Positions 20,171 to 43,720 of a stretch of 64,000 nucleotides of DNA are shown here, piece by piece. Position 1 is the stretch's first letter, and the number at the start of each line of letters is the position of its first letter. The position numbers were made by a program, and so were the translations under genes. Source of the DNA: Raillietiella orientalis (taxonomy: Eukaryota); assembly GCA_036172245.1 (NCBI GenBank), contig JAYWIR010000050.1, positions 248,001-312,000 of the forward strand, given 5' to 3'. The notes beneath the pieces were generated by a model, which saw nothing but the letters and a program-made list of their open reading frames with translations, was not told where the DNA came from and ran no database searches.

Positions 20171-23100
20171 AATTTCAAGCAATTTCTAGAGAAGCACAAA
20201 TAATTTTCGCTCCAAATACCTATTTAGTTTTCCCGTTTGATCTCAGTAAAAATTTTCCATTCCTGGCAGGATGAAGCTCCTCTTTTCCATCATTTTAGGA
20301 GCTCATCATTTTGCTGCTTGTAGATTCGAAGCACTGAAAGCAGAAAGAATAAAAGAAAGCACATTACAAAGTGCCAGAGTTAATTACACGCCTCACACGA
20401 GCCTTGATAATGACTCAACCCCAAAAGTAACATCCAAGAATGGAAGAATGGGTCTTTTCCTGCAACTGCAAATTACTCAACATGAATTTTGTTGTTTCAA
20501 TGTGAGGGATAGTAGGTTTGCACGAATGATGAGGTCGATACAGTGACGCCAATTATGCCGCTGGACATAATGCTGCAGACCACCGGCTCCCGTGTCTGGT
20601 ATAGGAAATGATGCAGTTGTCGTGGAAGCTTCCAGACGGTCCTTAAAAACTGGGATGGTACTTTGTAGAAATAATTTCGTTAGTCGAGGAAGGTTGAGAG
20701 TTTCCTCAGGAAGTAGAATTCGCATTTCTCACTCACAGACTTTCAAACGATGACCTTGCGTTTGTGTTTTCCATCTGCTCGTAGCATTTTTCTTATGCAC
20801 TCATCATGTTGGACACTCGGAAACTGACCCGAAGTCCCTCTTTGCATCAAACATTTTTGGGACGCATTTTTTGATAGAAATGATTTCAAAAGCATATGAG
20901 CTTTATTAATCCCTAAACTCTCCCGAATTTCAAGCTTTACCCCAAGTGTTATTCTGGCTTGGATACAGCTGCCAGATGGAGCGTTTGATTAATGATTACA
21001 GTGTTCACGTGTTAGATTTAGAAAAATATTCGTTGTGACTCTTTTGATTCGTTTATCTTATGAAGTTCCTGCTTTTTCGCTCAGATGTATATTTTCTTTA
21101 TATTCCTTTATATGTATCTATAATATCAAAATGGATAGACGAATTTTCTCAAAGCCATAATTAAAAACCCCAATATTATTTGTGCTTGTCTAAAAATTGC
21201 TTAAAATTCATTCCTTCATTTCTGATTTTATCTTTAAGGAATATGGAAATTTTCCAAGAAAAGTTCACAAACTCCTCGAGTACTAACATCTTCTAAGAGG
21301 GCAAATTAGAAAATTTCCCACTTCTCCGTCTGTACCGTACTTTGAAGCACTTTTTATGCGATCAATTCCAAATGTGAATTCCCCATTTCGACTCGCTAGG
21401 TTTTCTTTTTTATCCTTTGGTAGTTTTTTTTCCCGTTGTATCGGGTTCTAATATTCCCGACACACTTGTAATTTGCGGATGATTGCAATGAATGTAAGGC
21501 AGTCAGTCTGTAATTCATTTCACATTGAATTGGAGAATCGCGAATGGTAATCAACTTTTCGAGGTCTGGAATTTTCGTCTCCTTGCAAAAAGAATCATTT
21601 GCTGCAGCTGCTGTACATTGCCTCTGTTCTTGGGATGGTCTAAAAATTACGGTCTCTTTGATGCCATTGATTGAGCTCTCTGTCTTTCGCTCCTGGGCAC
21701 ACATTGCACTGCAGGAAGTTCCCAAAAAACAACAGCCAGTCTTTCACTTCAGAGCCCTGGCCGTTTCGTCGGCCTCAGTGTTGCTTTCCGAATTTTTCCC
21801 TTGGTGATACATATATGCATACGTATATGCAGATAGAGCTCCTGAATCCCTCAATTTGTTCCTTCCTGTCGTTATATAAGTGAGTTCGAAATTCACTACT
21901 GATGGGAAGGTTCGGAAGGTAAGCGCATTCCGATATGCATGTGTAATTCATACGTGGTAACCATGAGTGTGGCACTCGATACCAAGTAGAATTTCCTCAA
22001 TCAAGTCTATTCGGTTTGTAATTAAAGCGATCGCTAATGTGTGTTTCTTTTTTTTTTGCACTTCAAAATTCACCAATTTGCTACACATACAGGGAATTTT
22101 CAAGGAATTATTCGTTTTCCCTAAATGGGTGTGAAGATGGAATGCCCGATGTTATTACTAAACTGATACTTTCTTATTATGTATGAAGTTGCTGTCAAGA
22201 GTCTCTAGTTTTGATGCCCAAAGGATTGCTGAGAGGCAGCTTGAAGATAGGAAATCGAAGAAAAATCACTATCAGTCTGAAAAGCCTAGTTTTCCTTGTG
22301 CAAACATTTGTAAACTTCTGTTTCTGTGGGCAAAATTAACTTTTCTAAAGCTGAAGTGGAAACCCTCAATTTTAATTTGATTCAATAAACCGTTTTCTTC
22401 TATTCTCTTAAGATGTCAATGTTTTTAGAAATGATCTCCAGAATGCATAAACGACTGATGCACATTACCGGAGGAATGAAATGGAAGCAGTAGAAGAATC
22501 TTGTCCAACTGTTTTATTAAACTGACCACTGCTTTCAAGATTCTGAAGATGAAGACAAGAGACTGTTTCTGAATCGATCAGTCATTAGATAATTTGGATC
22601 GAGATTTTCAAGGTGACTCTTGAAAGTTTAGGAACGAATTTATGATGCCGACCTAAAAGCCTGAATTATCATTTGCTTCAACATTTCTATTTTCTTTTCT
22701 TTCTGATCAGGGTTACAATCAACGACTCGGAAATAATGTGAAAGTTGGAAATTCATTTCATTTTCGATAACAAGTCAGTGTAATACTTAGAACTGCTTCC
22801 AGTTTGACATTTTGAAAGAAAAATGTGAAAAATTAATTCACATAATCATTATTTTACATACTTATGTCGATTCCTCTGATCGAACTTTGAAAACCATAAC
22901 TAGTACTTAATGACTCTCAGCGCGTATAACTGAAAACAGTCGGCTAACGTACTCGTGGTGTGAAGCCGAATGGAAAGGATAACATCGTGGAATTCTTTTA
23001 GGCTCCAAGCACCTCTATTATTTGATGACAGTTGGAACAAGTTTCTGCCGAGCACTGCGTTACCAAAAGCACTTGCACTTTATGATGATGAGACCCAGTG

Positions 23101-23279
23101 TGTGTGGAGAGTTCCGAATCGTTCGACACTGACCTGAGCACTTTATAGAAAATGATTTTATTTTGTATCTTTTTTTCAAGAATACACCATCTTGCTTCAA
23201 GAGAAGCTACTGTATGTCCGGTTATGGTTGTTTCGTTGGACACTCAATAATATGCGGTTACTGGATGCAGCTCATGTAG

Positions 23280-24300
23280 CTATTTTAGAGGGTACGAGCC
23301 AAAGGTTGAAGCAGTTAACCTCACGAACCCGATAAGAAGCTGAGCGTGTGGTTGACCGAGAGGAGTCGTCTGTGGTGACCACGGCGCACAAATTTTTGCA
23401 TCGCGATGTCTTCGCGGAAGTCTGTTTGCAATGAACGATGAACTTCTCCCATTGTATTTTCCAAATGAATATTCTTATTTGGACAGCGACCAGAGGAACA
23501 CTCGCGAAAGGATGCCATTCGTCTCCTCGACTGTACTTTTTCGGCTTTGACAAATTTCTCCCAAAACGTAGCGAAAGCATCTCAGACTGGCTTGGGCGCC
23601 CTTGCCGGGCTGTCTAGACATGCAAGAATGCAAATTGGAATCCATAACCTGCAATTTTCGTTTCTTCTTTCTTTCTTTCCTTTCCCCGAGGGTTCATCCG
23701 AGCCACCACGGAGACTGTGTCGTGTGTGGATGGGATCTCAAGCATCATCCCCCCCTCCCTCCTTGAAGAAAAAAAAAAAAAAAAAAAAAAAAGAACGGCA
23801 ACTTTGCACGACGCTTGCGACCGTCTCTTCCTGAAGATCCCGGAAAAGTTTTCCGAGATTAAATTTCGTGGCGGAGCAATGAAAGGGGGGGAAGCTTTGA
23901 TATCTGATGTATATGTGACTGTCTATTTATAAGGAAAGGTGAAACCTCCGAGCTGGGTGCCTGCAGTCCAGGTGTTTCTGCTCAGTCAGAGGGCACGTGC
24001 CATTCATGGTGAGATGGAGGAAGGCAACGCCAGTTGACACGTACGAGTTCGTGGTGTGCCCATAGTGATCGCAGGAGCACGTGTTGTGCGGTGTGTGCCC
24101 TGTTTTGTTTACAAGGTAACCACCATCGCAAGCATCGAAAACCCATTCTGGTGAAACGCAATCTGTTCAGTGCAGCGGTAACTAAGTACCATCAGATGCA
24201 TTTGGAAAGTGCCGAAAGTATCGAGTTTAAACGAGTGTGTGCAGCATTTTACCCAGAACGTTGCACGTGTAATTTGAAATAGCGAATGCGGAGTTTTGTG
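23280..24300. promoter_or_regulatory. CpG-rich promoter/5'UTR region of the SPCA1 gene, with an A24 tract
   Basis: CpG-rich segment directly upstream of the first coding exon. Poly(A) at 23769-23792; candidate UTR donors (gtgagt) near 24300 and an acceptor ttcatag| near 24379. Confidence 0.45.
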
Positions 24301-24410
24301 AGTGAGTAATGTAGGGTTTTTTCCATTTTTTTTTTTCTTTTCATTTCGTATGAGTAGGTGCTTGAAAATTAATTCATAGTAATAAAATATGAAAAAAGAG
24401 ATATTCGGTG

Positions 24411-34562
<10,152 letters not shown>

Positions 34563-37500
34563 TACTTAGAATGTTACTGAATAAATGAATTTAATTTTTG
34601 CAAGTTCTGTAAAAAACATTTGTACATCTTTGTGTGTTATAAAAAAATCTTTTTGATGAAGTAGTTGATTGTGGCAATTATGTTGATTTAGATGCAATTA
34701 CAATGTGCATTATGTCCACAAGGAATGGGCACCAGGGCACGCTGCTAAAAGATTAAGTGAAAATAGTACTTAGAAAGGAAAAAAGTGTGGAGTTATTTAT
34801 AACTGTTGAGTTCCATTAAAACCAAATATATTGTAAAACATGGATATGTACAACCCATGTAAGTTAGATTGTGTATTCATATTTGCAAGTGGACCAATAT
34901 TGTGTAAACATGACAAACTGACTAGTAGAAAGGAACAGCATCAGCCTTCTGCATAATATATGAAATACCTGTACGTCTTGCCGGAGTTTCAAATGCTTGA
35001 AAATGCTAGCAAAACAATCACCATGTATTTGAGCATAAAGATTCTGTATTTGCTTAGAAAGAAAAAAAAATAGTTTATAGCAATCTTTATTTATTGGTAG
35101 TGAAGATAGCAAGTCTGGATTTTTCTGTAGTTCAAACTACAGAAAAATTAAGACTTTTTCCGTTGCTGGTTGCCTGTTTCCCCTTATTGGCAGTTTCTTT
35201 TCCTCGAATGTTTATGCTGCATTTTTTCTTATGCTGGTTACCAGGCTGATATCGATTCATACTGCTCTTCAGCTCAGAAGAGTTAAAGTGGGGATCTTTT
35301 ACCCATGCTTCAATAGGTAATGTATCTCACTTTTGTTGTGATCATTCTTAATTCAAGTTTTTGAAGATTTTTAAAAGCTTTCTTAGGACTCTTTGATTAT
35401 TTACTTTCTTATTTTTAAAGAAATCTTAGGGAAATACATTATTCCAGTCAGACTACCGGAAGCAAAACGTTTTTGACTTAACTCTTTATGTGTACCTTTA
35501 GTTGATATATTAGCATTCAATTTTTGTTTTAGCAAGTTTGGGTGGCCATTTAATTGTATTCTCAAAAAGCGCTGTTCGTGCAAAAGATTTTTTTATGTCG
35601 TCGTGGTTGACTATATAGCTTAAATTGCATATCAGTGCTGTCACAGCAAATTTGAAAGGTTTCAATACAGAAGCCTCCATCTGAATAATGAAGTGGGTAA
35701 GACTCAAGAGCATAATAAAGAAAGTTGAACCAATATATTCAAAAGATAGGAAAAGTTCACGTAAGGCTCAAATTCCGCAAAGGAAACCAAATTCTGTGGA
35801 CTACATTCGGTTTTTCATTGTCGAGCTTTAAACATTGCTTTTTAGGTTTGTTTCTTATCACCTTGGTTCATTGTAGTTGAAGGCTTGAATACTCACTATA
35901 TTCAGCGTGGGTATGAGATTTCTACTTTTGTGAATATAAAAACAAAAGGTTAATGAAAAATCCAAACAATGGAAGTTTTCGAATGTTGAAAAAGTGATCA
36001 AATTGTGCCATACAACATGCAAATAATAAAGAGAAGTCCTGAAAACTTTAGGCAAAATAACAAATGGTCGCTTTTATTTTTATTTTTTTCAAGGTTAACA
36101 TGGTGCACACTACATAATAAGCAATGCATTGCAGTCTTTCAGCTCAGTTGACAAATCCTGGAATGGAAATGCAAAGGTCACATTTATTGCTATTGTGCTT
36201 GATTTGTTCAAACTTTCTTTCAAATACTTTCAAAATGAAATCTCTGGTTCCAGGTTGGGGTTTAAGAGTGTGTGTTCATCTCTTTGCTCATACAGTGGTA
36301 TGGAATTTCTGGAAGGAAGGATTACGATGCGAGTTGATCGGAGTTGAATTTACATTCGATTCATTTGAAGAATCGAAACGTCCAGGCACCCTCTGTGATG
36401 GCGTGGTTATCAAGGGCTGTTTGACAATGGTCATCTAGCTCTTTTATCCTTGTATTTAGTTAATTTCTTATGTTTTATGATTTTACAGAAAGATCTAAAG
36501 TTAACTTGATACCACTGAACATTTTGATACTTTTGCCTTGCAGGAGCAGTGTGATTTTCTGACCACAGATATTTACATAATGAATATGGAGCTTTCACTG
36601 GCACTGGCATCAGCACACCTAAATGGATGTGAGTGTGACAGATGGTTTTTACGAAACCTTTATCATGGCCATGTATACAAGCTATGCACAGCTGTACTAA
36701 GCACCGAATATAAATAGAGCGTTCCCATCGACAAACTGCTAATGAAACTAAGCACTGATGCACTTTTCATATGAAAGGGAAACATAGACACCACTATGGG
36801 AACAACAAATGACAAACTACGTTGCTTAAATTGAAATTTGCTAATCCAGACAGATTTAAGGCTGTTGTTGAAAAAAAGAGTTTTATCATTTGCTAACTCG
36901 TCTTATGAAATGTAAAGTGGCATAAAAAACAAGAAAATTAGGTATAATGCTCTACATCTAGAAGTCTCAATTGAACATGTCACTTGTATTCAAAAATTTT
37001 CAAAAGCAACCTACCATCTGAAACCAAAAAGTTTGCAGTGGTTAGATGTTTTCTTGTGCCACCTTTGTCATATGCCACTGATGTCCAGGCAAAAATCAAG
37101 TGCTTTCATGTATGATGTGAAAATCACAGCAGGAAGAATGTTTTAAGGTTTCATGAATTGTGGTATGCAACTTCTTGCAAATAAAACTCAAGTTTAGAAC
37201 CTTTGCCAAATTGGGTACCATTTCCACAACGTCATCAATTAGGTATGCGAAGTTGACTTTACACTGCACAACCATATGTGTATAGTTGCCCAGCATAATA
37301 GTAGTAAAATGATACAACTTTGACACAACTTTGCCTGCTTGCTAGCCACAAATCTATAGCACACATAAATTCAAAACTAAAACATGTATCTAAATACACG
37401 TTGACAGAATGCAGAGAAGCTCAAGGGCTCAAACTCTATGGCTCCTGCTGCCTCAGCCTCTGGTGCAAAGGTGATAAAAATAAAAACAATCTAGCTTTTG

Positions 37501-37833
37501 AGATTTCAAAAGGAATGAAAACAGATAACTTCTCTGAAGAATGATATTTGTGAAATGCTGCTATTTAGTTAAGTGTAATTTCACATCTCTACTCTTGACA
37601 CCATGGTTTCAACTTCATGTATCAAAAACAGAAAAAAAAGGAGGGGGATTTGAAGTTGTTGACAAGTCTTTTTCTTAAGTTTGTTAATATAGAAGTGAGT
37701 TCAGTCTCTTGCATTTTTACAAATAAGGAAACTCTTCATGAAAAATTATTTATTTTCTATCCAAAAATAATACTGACAATTTGCATCTTTTTTACTTGTA
37801 AATTAGGTTAATCTCATACAATAAAGGCACTGC

Positions 37834-39975
37834 TTAAATGTATAATTCGACATTTGTTGACTTTGTCACTTTTTTTAGAAAATTCACATATATTTCTTTC
37901 CAACTATTAGCTGTTTTCTGAGAAACAATCCAAAATCCTAGTGGAATTCCAAAATTCAACATCATGAAATATTTAATTATAAAAACTGTTATGTTAGGTT
38001 TACTTGTATGAACATACACTGAATTTTTCGAAACAGGACATGGGATTGCATAATCAGGATTTTTACACAAATCATACTGCCAGGATAAAAGCCAATCATT
38101 CAAGTTGTATTCTTCATAAAACAAACAAGCTATGATTGTGGCTGCAGGTATCACATAAGAAACCGAAAATATGCAAATTCTTAGCATTAGTTTCTCTAAT
38201 TTCTCAGTGTTCTGTCCATCACATTTCATTATTTTGCGTATTCTAAACAAACTGATAAAGCCTGCAAGCACAAATGCTAGGCCAAGCAATAAATATACTA
38301 TGAGGGGGATCAAAAGGAACACTTGAAGCATATTTCTATTTAGAATGCCCACATAACACAATCCACTTAGAATGTCACCTGAAAATACACTTTAATCATC
38401 AACAAGAAATGCCACAAACTTTCTCTAATGTCTTTACAATTTGCACATCACAACATACGCACGATTTTTTTCGATTAGGAAAATACTTTTAGGAACATAA
38501 CACAAAACCATAACTTAGATTTTTACTGTACGTTAATTCCAAAACAATGCATGATATAATTTAAAATGAACTTTCAATAATAACCCACCAGATCATCACT
38601 TGCTTAAGCATTAACAATCAACGCACTGATTGGTTTGATTCATGTTATTGTGTTCTTGAATTATTACTGATTACTGAGTTGCAAGCAAACTTTAACACTT
38701 AATGCAACACTATTCCAGACAACACAATTACATTTTCAAAAATTGCGTTTCTTTTTTACATACTATGAAAAAAACATCTCACTTATTCGAAAATGAGAAC
38801 TGACCTTCAATTTTTCCGATGGCTACTACAGCAATAGTCTTCAGGGCTGGAATTGCCCATGCTGTCAGATGAAAATATGGGGAATGCAAACCAATTGCTT
38901 CATGACCCCATTTTAAACCTGCTGCCAAATACCATGTAAATGTTAAGATCACCCACCAAACAGATGCTGCCATAGTAAAAAAGTAAGTAATCATAAAGAG
39001 AATGGTACACTTTTCATTTTTAGTTCCCTGACTTATAAGGGGTACTCTGAAAGGATGCTCATTCGGTTCCGGAAAATCACAGGAAACACTGTTTCTAAGT
39101 AAAAAACCAATTATGTAGGCACTGGATATAATGAAATAACAAATAGAAAGAAACATAATTGAGCGCTCTGGATAATGAAATCTCTTACGATCAATCAGAA
39201 ATGTCAAGTTTATGAATAAGCAGGACAAAGCACACAAGGAGGACCAGCTCAAAATCCAAATTCTGGTAAACATGCGCTCTTTCTCTGTAAAAAACATATC
39301 AAAGCAAGGTGCGCCACAGTTATCTGCTACTTGGTTTCCAACAATAAGCTCATGTTGTTTTTGTTTTGAATTTCTGAACTGTTGTGGACAAATAAACCCA
39401 AAGTCTTTTACATTTTTCACAAAATCTTTGGTTAACTGATAAGATCCTGAATTCTGGAAATTATCCTTCTTCTCATCTTTATATTCAATTTGAAGTGTCT
39501 TTTCTAATAAAGCAGAAATTTGTGTAGTTTTTTCTATGCATATCTGTGAATTAGCTGTGGGAAACGTTTCACAATTCAGATCTTCGATTTCAAAAACCTT
39601 AATCAGCTTTTCACAACCACGTTTGGCAGACTCACACAATGACCTACAAGGGGGTATTGGTCTCTGAAGAACTGTGCAAACAGGAACATAAAATACACAC
39701 AAAAAAAACTGGAGATCAGAACTACAATGCACCTTCGCTAAAGGTATAAACTTATGAATTTTCACTCCAACGTCCTGTTGACTTTGAAAATTCATCAAAT
39801 TAGGCATAATAGTGTAACTGTAATTTAACTGTTTACAAAACGGGATCGTTACAATTTCACAACCATTTACTTGCTGCAAATAATTTTCACTTGATATTTC
39901 TGTCGCTGTCTGAGAAGCAACCAGCTTGTTTCCACAGTTCAAAAACACAATAATAAAAGCATTAAAGGCAAGCAT
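37834..39975 (-). CDS. Frizzled family receptor (Fz1/2/7-like, divergent), 2 exons, about 571 aa
   Basis: Exons 38805-39975 and 37834-38378 (GAA G|gtcagt...ttttcag|GT GAC). Hydrophobic N-terminus, 10-Cys CRD, RFHYPER, WWVILTFTWYLAAGLKWGHEAI, YFHLTAWAIP, EKLEKLMLRI and the KTxxxW motif (KTANSW). Confidence 0.93.
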
Positions 39976-41249
39976 TTCTTTAACTAATGCTGCCTTGAAA
40001 AATTTTTGAAAGTAATGGAAGCCTCATGCTATGTGACTTGTCATTAGCATACTGATGCATCACTTTTACTCTAAAACTCCCCATTAGTTTTCAGAAAGTA
40101 GCTATTTTTTTTTTTTCTTTTTTTCTTTTTTTTTTTAAGCTTATACAAATCTACAACTGTTTGCATGTCGCAAACGAACAATCCGCACTACAGGATAACC
40201 ATGTTCACACATTTTAGAAATCACACAAAGGGATGCATATTTCGAAATCATTCCAATCAGGAGAAACAAGGAAACACATCCATTCGTGTTATTTTCCTAG
40301 GATTTATCCACTACAAAAATTAAATTGAAAAATATTATGAATTACCATTACAATCACAGTACAACAAATGATATTCATCAAATAAACCTTTCAAAATAGA
40401 AATTATGCATGTGTTTTCATAGGAATCATCGCTATAGTGGTATATAACACTTACTAGATTTTTTATTGAACGCACTTTATGAGCTTAAAATTTTTCTCGA
40501 ATGAAATACATTCTCTATCTAATTTCTAAATTCACTTTACCCTGCCAGATGCATTTCCGATAAGAAATCAATAAATACTCTGTTTTGTAATAGTCCTGTT
40601 CGTTGTGATTTTCTAGGAAATGGTTTTTCATGAAAGACGTTGATTTCCTTTGCATTTCTAGAAATTGAAGAGAATATTATGACAACTCTCAATATAAATA
40701 AAAAAATTACTCAAGAATTATTTTTCCGCTCTGGCATAATGTCATTTTTTATGTATAATGAGTTTTAATAAACATTTCCATTTGTATCGTCAGCGGCTTA
40801 GTGGATTTCACTGTTAACCACAATTCAAGAGGTACAAATAATATTCTGAGCAAAACATCAAAGGAATTTCAATTCAGACATTTTTCTGTTTTATCTATTC
40901 ACAAGCTAAAAAATATTTATTTCCTTTCTTACAGACTTTTCATAACTGTCAACAACTGTAAGTACTAACAGCAAGTAATTTGCTTAGAATACTCAAGTTA
41001 GAAGTCTGGATCTGCATTAACAAATGTATGCTTGACTTTTTTCTTCGTAATTTTTTTGGGTTCATTTCTTTAATTTGACTACACCCTTAAAGAGAAACTA
41101 CTGATCCGGTTTTCCATTAGGAGATTTGAGAAATCAGTATTGTGAGTAACTAGGATGCTCAGACTAATCGTATTATCATCTTTGTCTTCAAAATCATGAA
41201 TTAAAAAATCATTATGGGTATATATAATTGCTGTATCAGTTTAAACAAG

Positions 41250-42300
41250 GAACTCATTTATTTGCGTATCGGTTATTACATGATCTGCTCTATCCCCCTA
41301 AATGGAAAAGCGTCCAAGAATCGGGGAATAAATGCTATAGATTAGTGTGTATGCATAACATGGCACTTTCATATTACCGAAGTGCATGCCAATTGCCTTA
41401 CATAGATGCCTCCATATAGACCATACACAAACATCTCTGTATTCTAGAAGCTGTATGTAAATGAAGTGGCTATTATCTGCAAAGGCATTTCGGTCTTAAA
41501 GCATAATTTCATTTCTTTAATTTCCATTAATAAGAAGCGTGCATTGAATGGATTGAGAAAACAGTGCTTATCAACAAAATAACAAGTTGTTGTAGGTATA
41601 ACAAAATTTTAAAATAGAACATTTGGAAGAAAAGATCCCTAGTTTATTTTTACCTAAAATACTCACCATTAAGAATGGCAAAGCATGTATAAACATTGTT
41701 TATTATAGAGTAGCGTTCATATGTAAGAAAGAATTGAGAAAAAACTGGCACTGCAAATTTTTTGGTGAGATTCAAAGTACTATTGAAGGATTTTTCAAAG
41801 AAGAATACAAATTCTTGACAGATAGAAATCCAAACCTGGTTATCATCATAAAATAAACATGGTGGTGGATGAAATGTTCAAAAACTCTCCTTGATCGATT
41901 TCCTCGAGCATGAAGCAATCAGATTTTTAGTTGATGGAACTATACTAATGAAAAAGATTGAACCGATTCTGCCCTTAATATTCTATTCGTATGTATTCAA
42001 TGTCATACACGTAGTGAAGATGAATGCTGCACTAATCAGTGGAAACGCCAATCCATGTATTCTAAGTGAAATTCAAAACCACTTGGAGAAAGCTGTCTTT
42101 TCGTTTCAGAAGTACAACTTATTTGAATTGTGCTGGAAATCTTAAAGATTTTCCTTCGAAAACAAGTTACAATGTGAAGAGAAAAGGTTTTATTGCCCCT
42201 ATTTTCTAGATAGCACAATGTGGTCGAAATCATCTCCTTAAGAGATTGTCTAAGGTAGTGAAGAACAGCTTTTCCTCTCGTAGAAACAGCTTGAGCATCA
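41250..42300 (+). mobile_element. Possible highly decayed L1-like ORF2 fragment
   Basis: Fragments HLFAY.., EKTVLINKITS, EIQSTIEGFF, NKHGGG*NVQKL and AIRFL occur in the order expected after the RT domain of L1 elements. Many stops and frameshifts. Confidence 0.3.
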
Positions 42301-42349
42301 TTAAAAAAGACCATGTAGAAGAGTTGCATTACTAATTGTATATATTATG

Positions 42350-43720
42350 CATGGAATAAGCATACTTGAATATTTTGCAAAGACAAATGTTGTACTTGTA
42401 AAACGTGAAAAAAAAAACCTACTCGGTCTGATAGATGTTCTAGAGGATTCTCCATAATTTCTGCCTTTTGCTCATCCGATCGAAAGATCACTGGCAGTTG
42501 TCCATCCTGGCAGGTGAACCATAACCAGCTCCCAGCACTTGTGTCGGTTGCTCTGGATGTTCTCGCAGCCATCCCCTTCTGTATTCTGCTGATTCCCCAA
42601 ATCTCGAGTTCCCGCCGTTATTGAGATTGCAGCATTTTGTCATGCCACCAGTATCACCTCCACTCCTCTATCAGTAAAGGAAGGTTTTTCGGGTTTGGCT
42701 TCCCTCCTTTGTAAGTTCGTGTCATGATGTTTCCAAGATCTCATGTGAGCAGGCAACATAGAGTACGATGACTCGGAGCTTCAGATCTGGTAGAAGTCGT
42801 AGATCGCTTTCCAGCACCAGCTTCCTGAAGGCCGCCATCTTGCAATTTCTCTGAATAAATCCCTTGACAGCGGTGACCAAATGGTCCTGTCTCTCGAAGA
42901 TGGAGATGAAGTTCCACGAGCAGACAGAGTGTGCACCGAAAACTTCCCACATCCTGCGCCTCCTGCACGTTGGATCCTCGCCATCTATCGTATGCACCTC
43001 TTGACACGGACAGCAGATTTTGTCGAGCAACGTGCAAAGGTAGTAGGAGAAACAGAGGCGATCCCCAGAATCCAAGAAAATGTTTAATGCATGATGTTCC
43101 CGTGCATCAGACCCTTTCCAGATATAACAAAAATCTGCTCCTGAAGACGATAATCGGATTCTTTACTCCACTACTGTGCACAGAGTAGTCCTGAAGAGTC
43201 ACAACAGCTTATTCCAGGGTCGTATACAACAGGCTGCATCTGTCAGGGGAGAAGTTGCCCATCTCATTTGGTGAACTGACAACCGAGACAAATGGTCTGC
43301 ATATGGCGTCTCATTTGCCTCTTCTGCTCGGAAGGTTAAGGCGTTGGTTAAGAATTTGTCGGATACGAGTTTGTACGAAGGTCCGATCTACTTTTCGATG
43401 TGCATCAAGTCTCTGGAAGTGAACAAGGCTGGGAAAAAAGAACCTTTTCATGGTATCGAACCCTTGTCATGATGAAAGCTCACATGCCAAGATGCCGCCA
43501 CATGCTGAATCAAGTTCCCGGTCTCGTAAAAGCTCTCACTGAAATCTCCCAAGCGGTTTTCCAAGACACTGGTGCACATCGGAACCTCTAGGAATGGGGA
43601 GACGGCTCCGTTGAGTTGAAAGCTTGTTTTCCGCTCGTCCCTGGTTATGATGGATAGCTGTGAAATAAAAGGTGTCTTAATCATTTTGGGTGATTCAGAG
43701 TCACCCCTGTGACATAAACA
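42350..43720 (-). mobile_element. Degraded L1/Tx1-like reverse transcriptase fragment
   Basis: The minus strand gives, in the expected order, FISQLSII...FQLNGAVSPFLEV, YADH (43292-43303, a decayed YADD), LQDYSVHSSGVKN, ILGI, LSARG and WF..QDGQLPV, with stops and frameshifts. GC is higher than in the flanks. Confidence 0.6.

Noticed and set aside
36100..37550. Transposase-like words (FHIIHEST, HGHDKG) between SPCA1 and Frizzled
   Set aside because: Possibly a decayed DNA transposon, but the motifs are isolated and mutually inconsistent, and no TIRs were seen.
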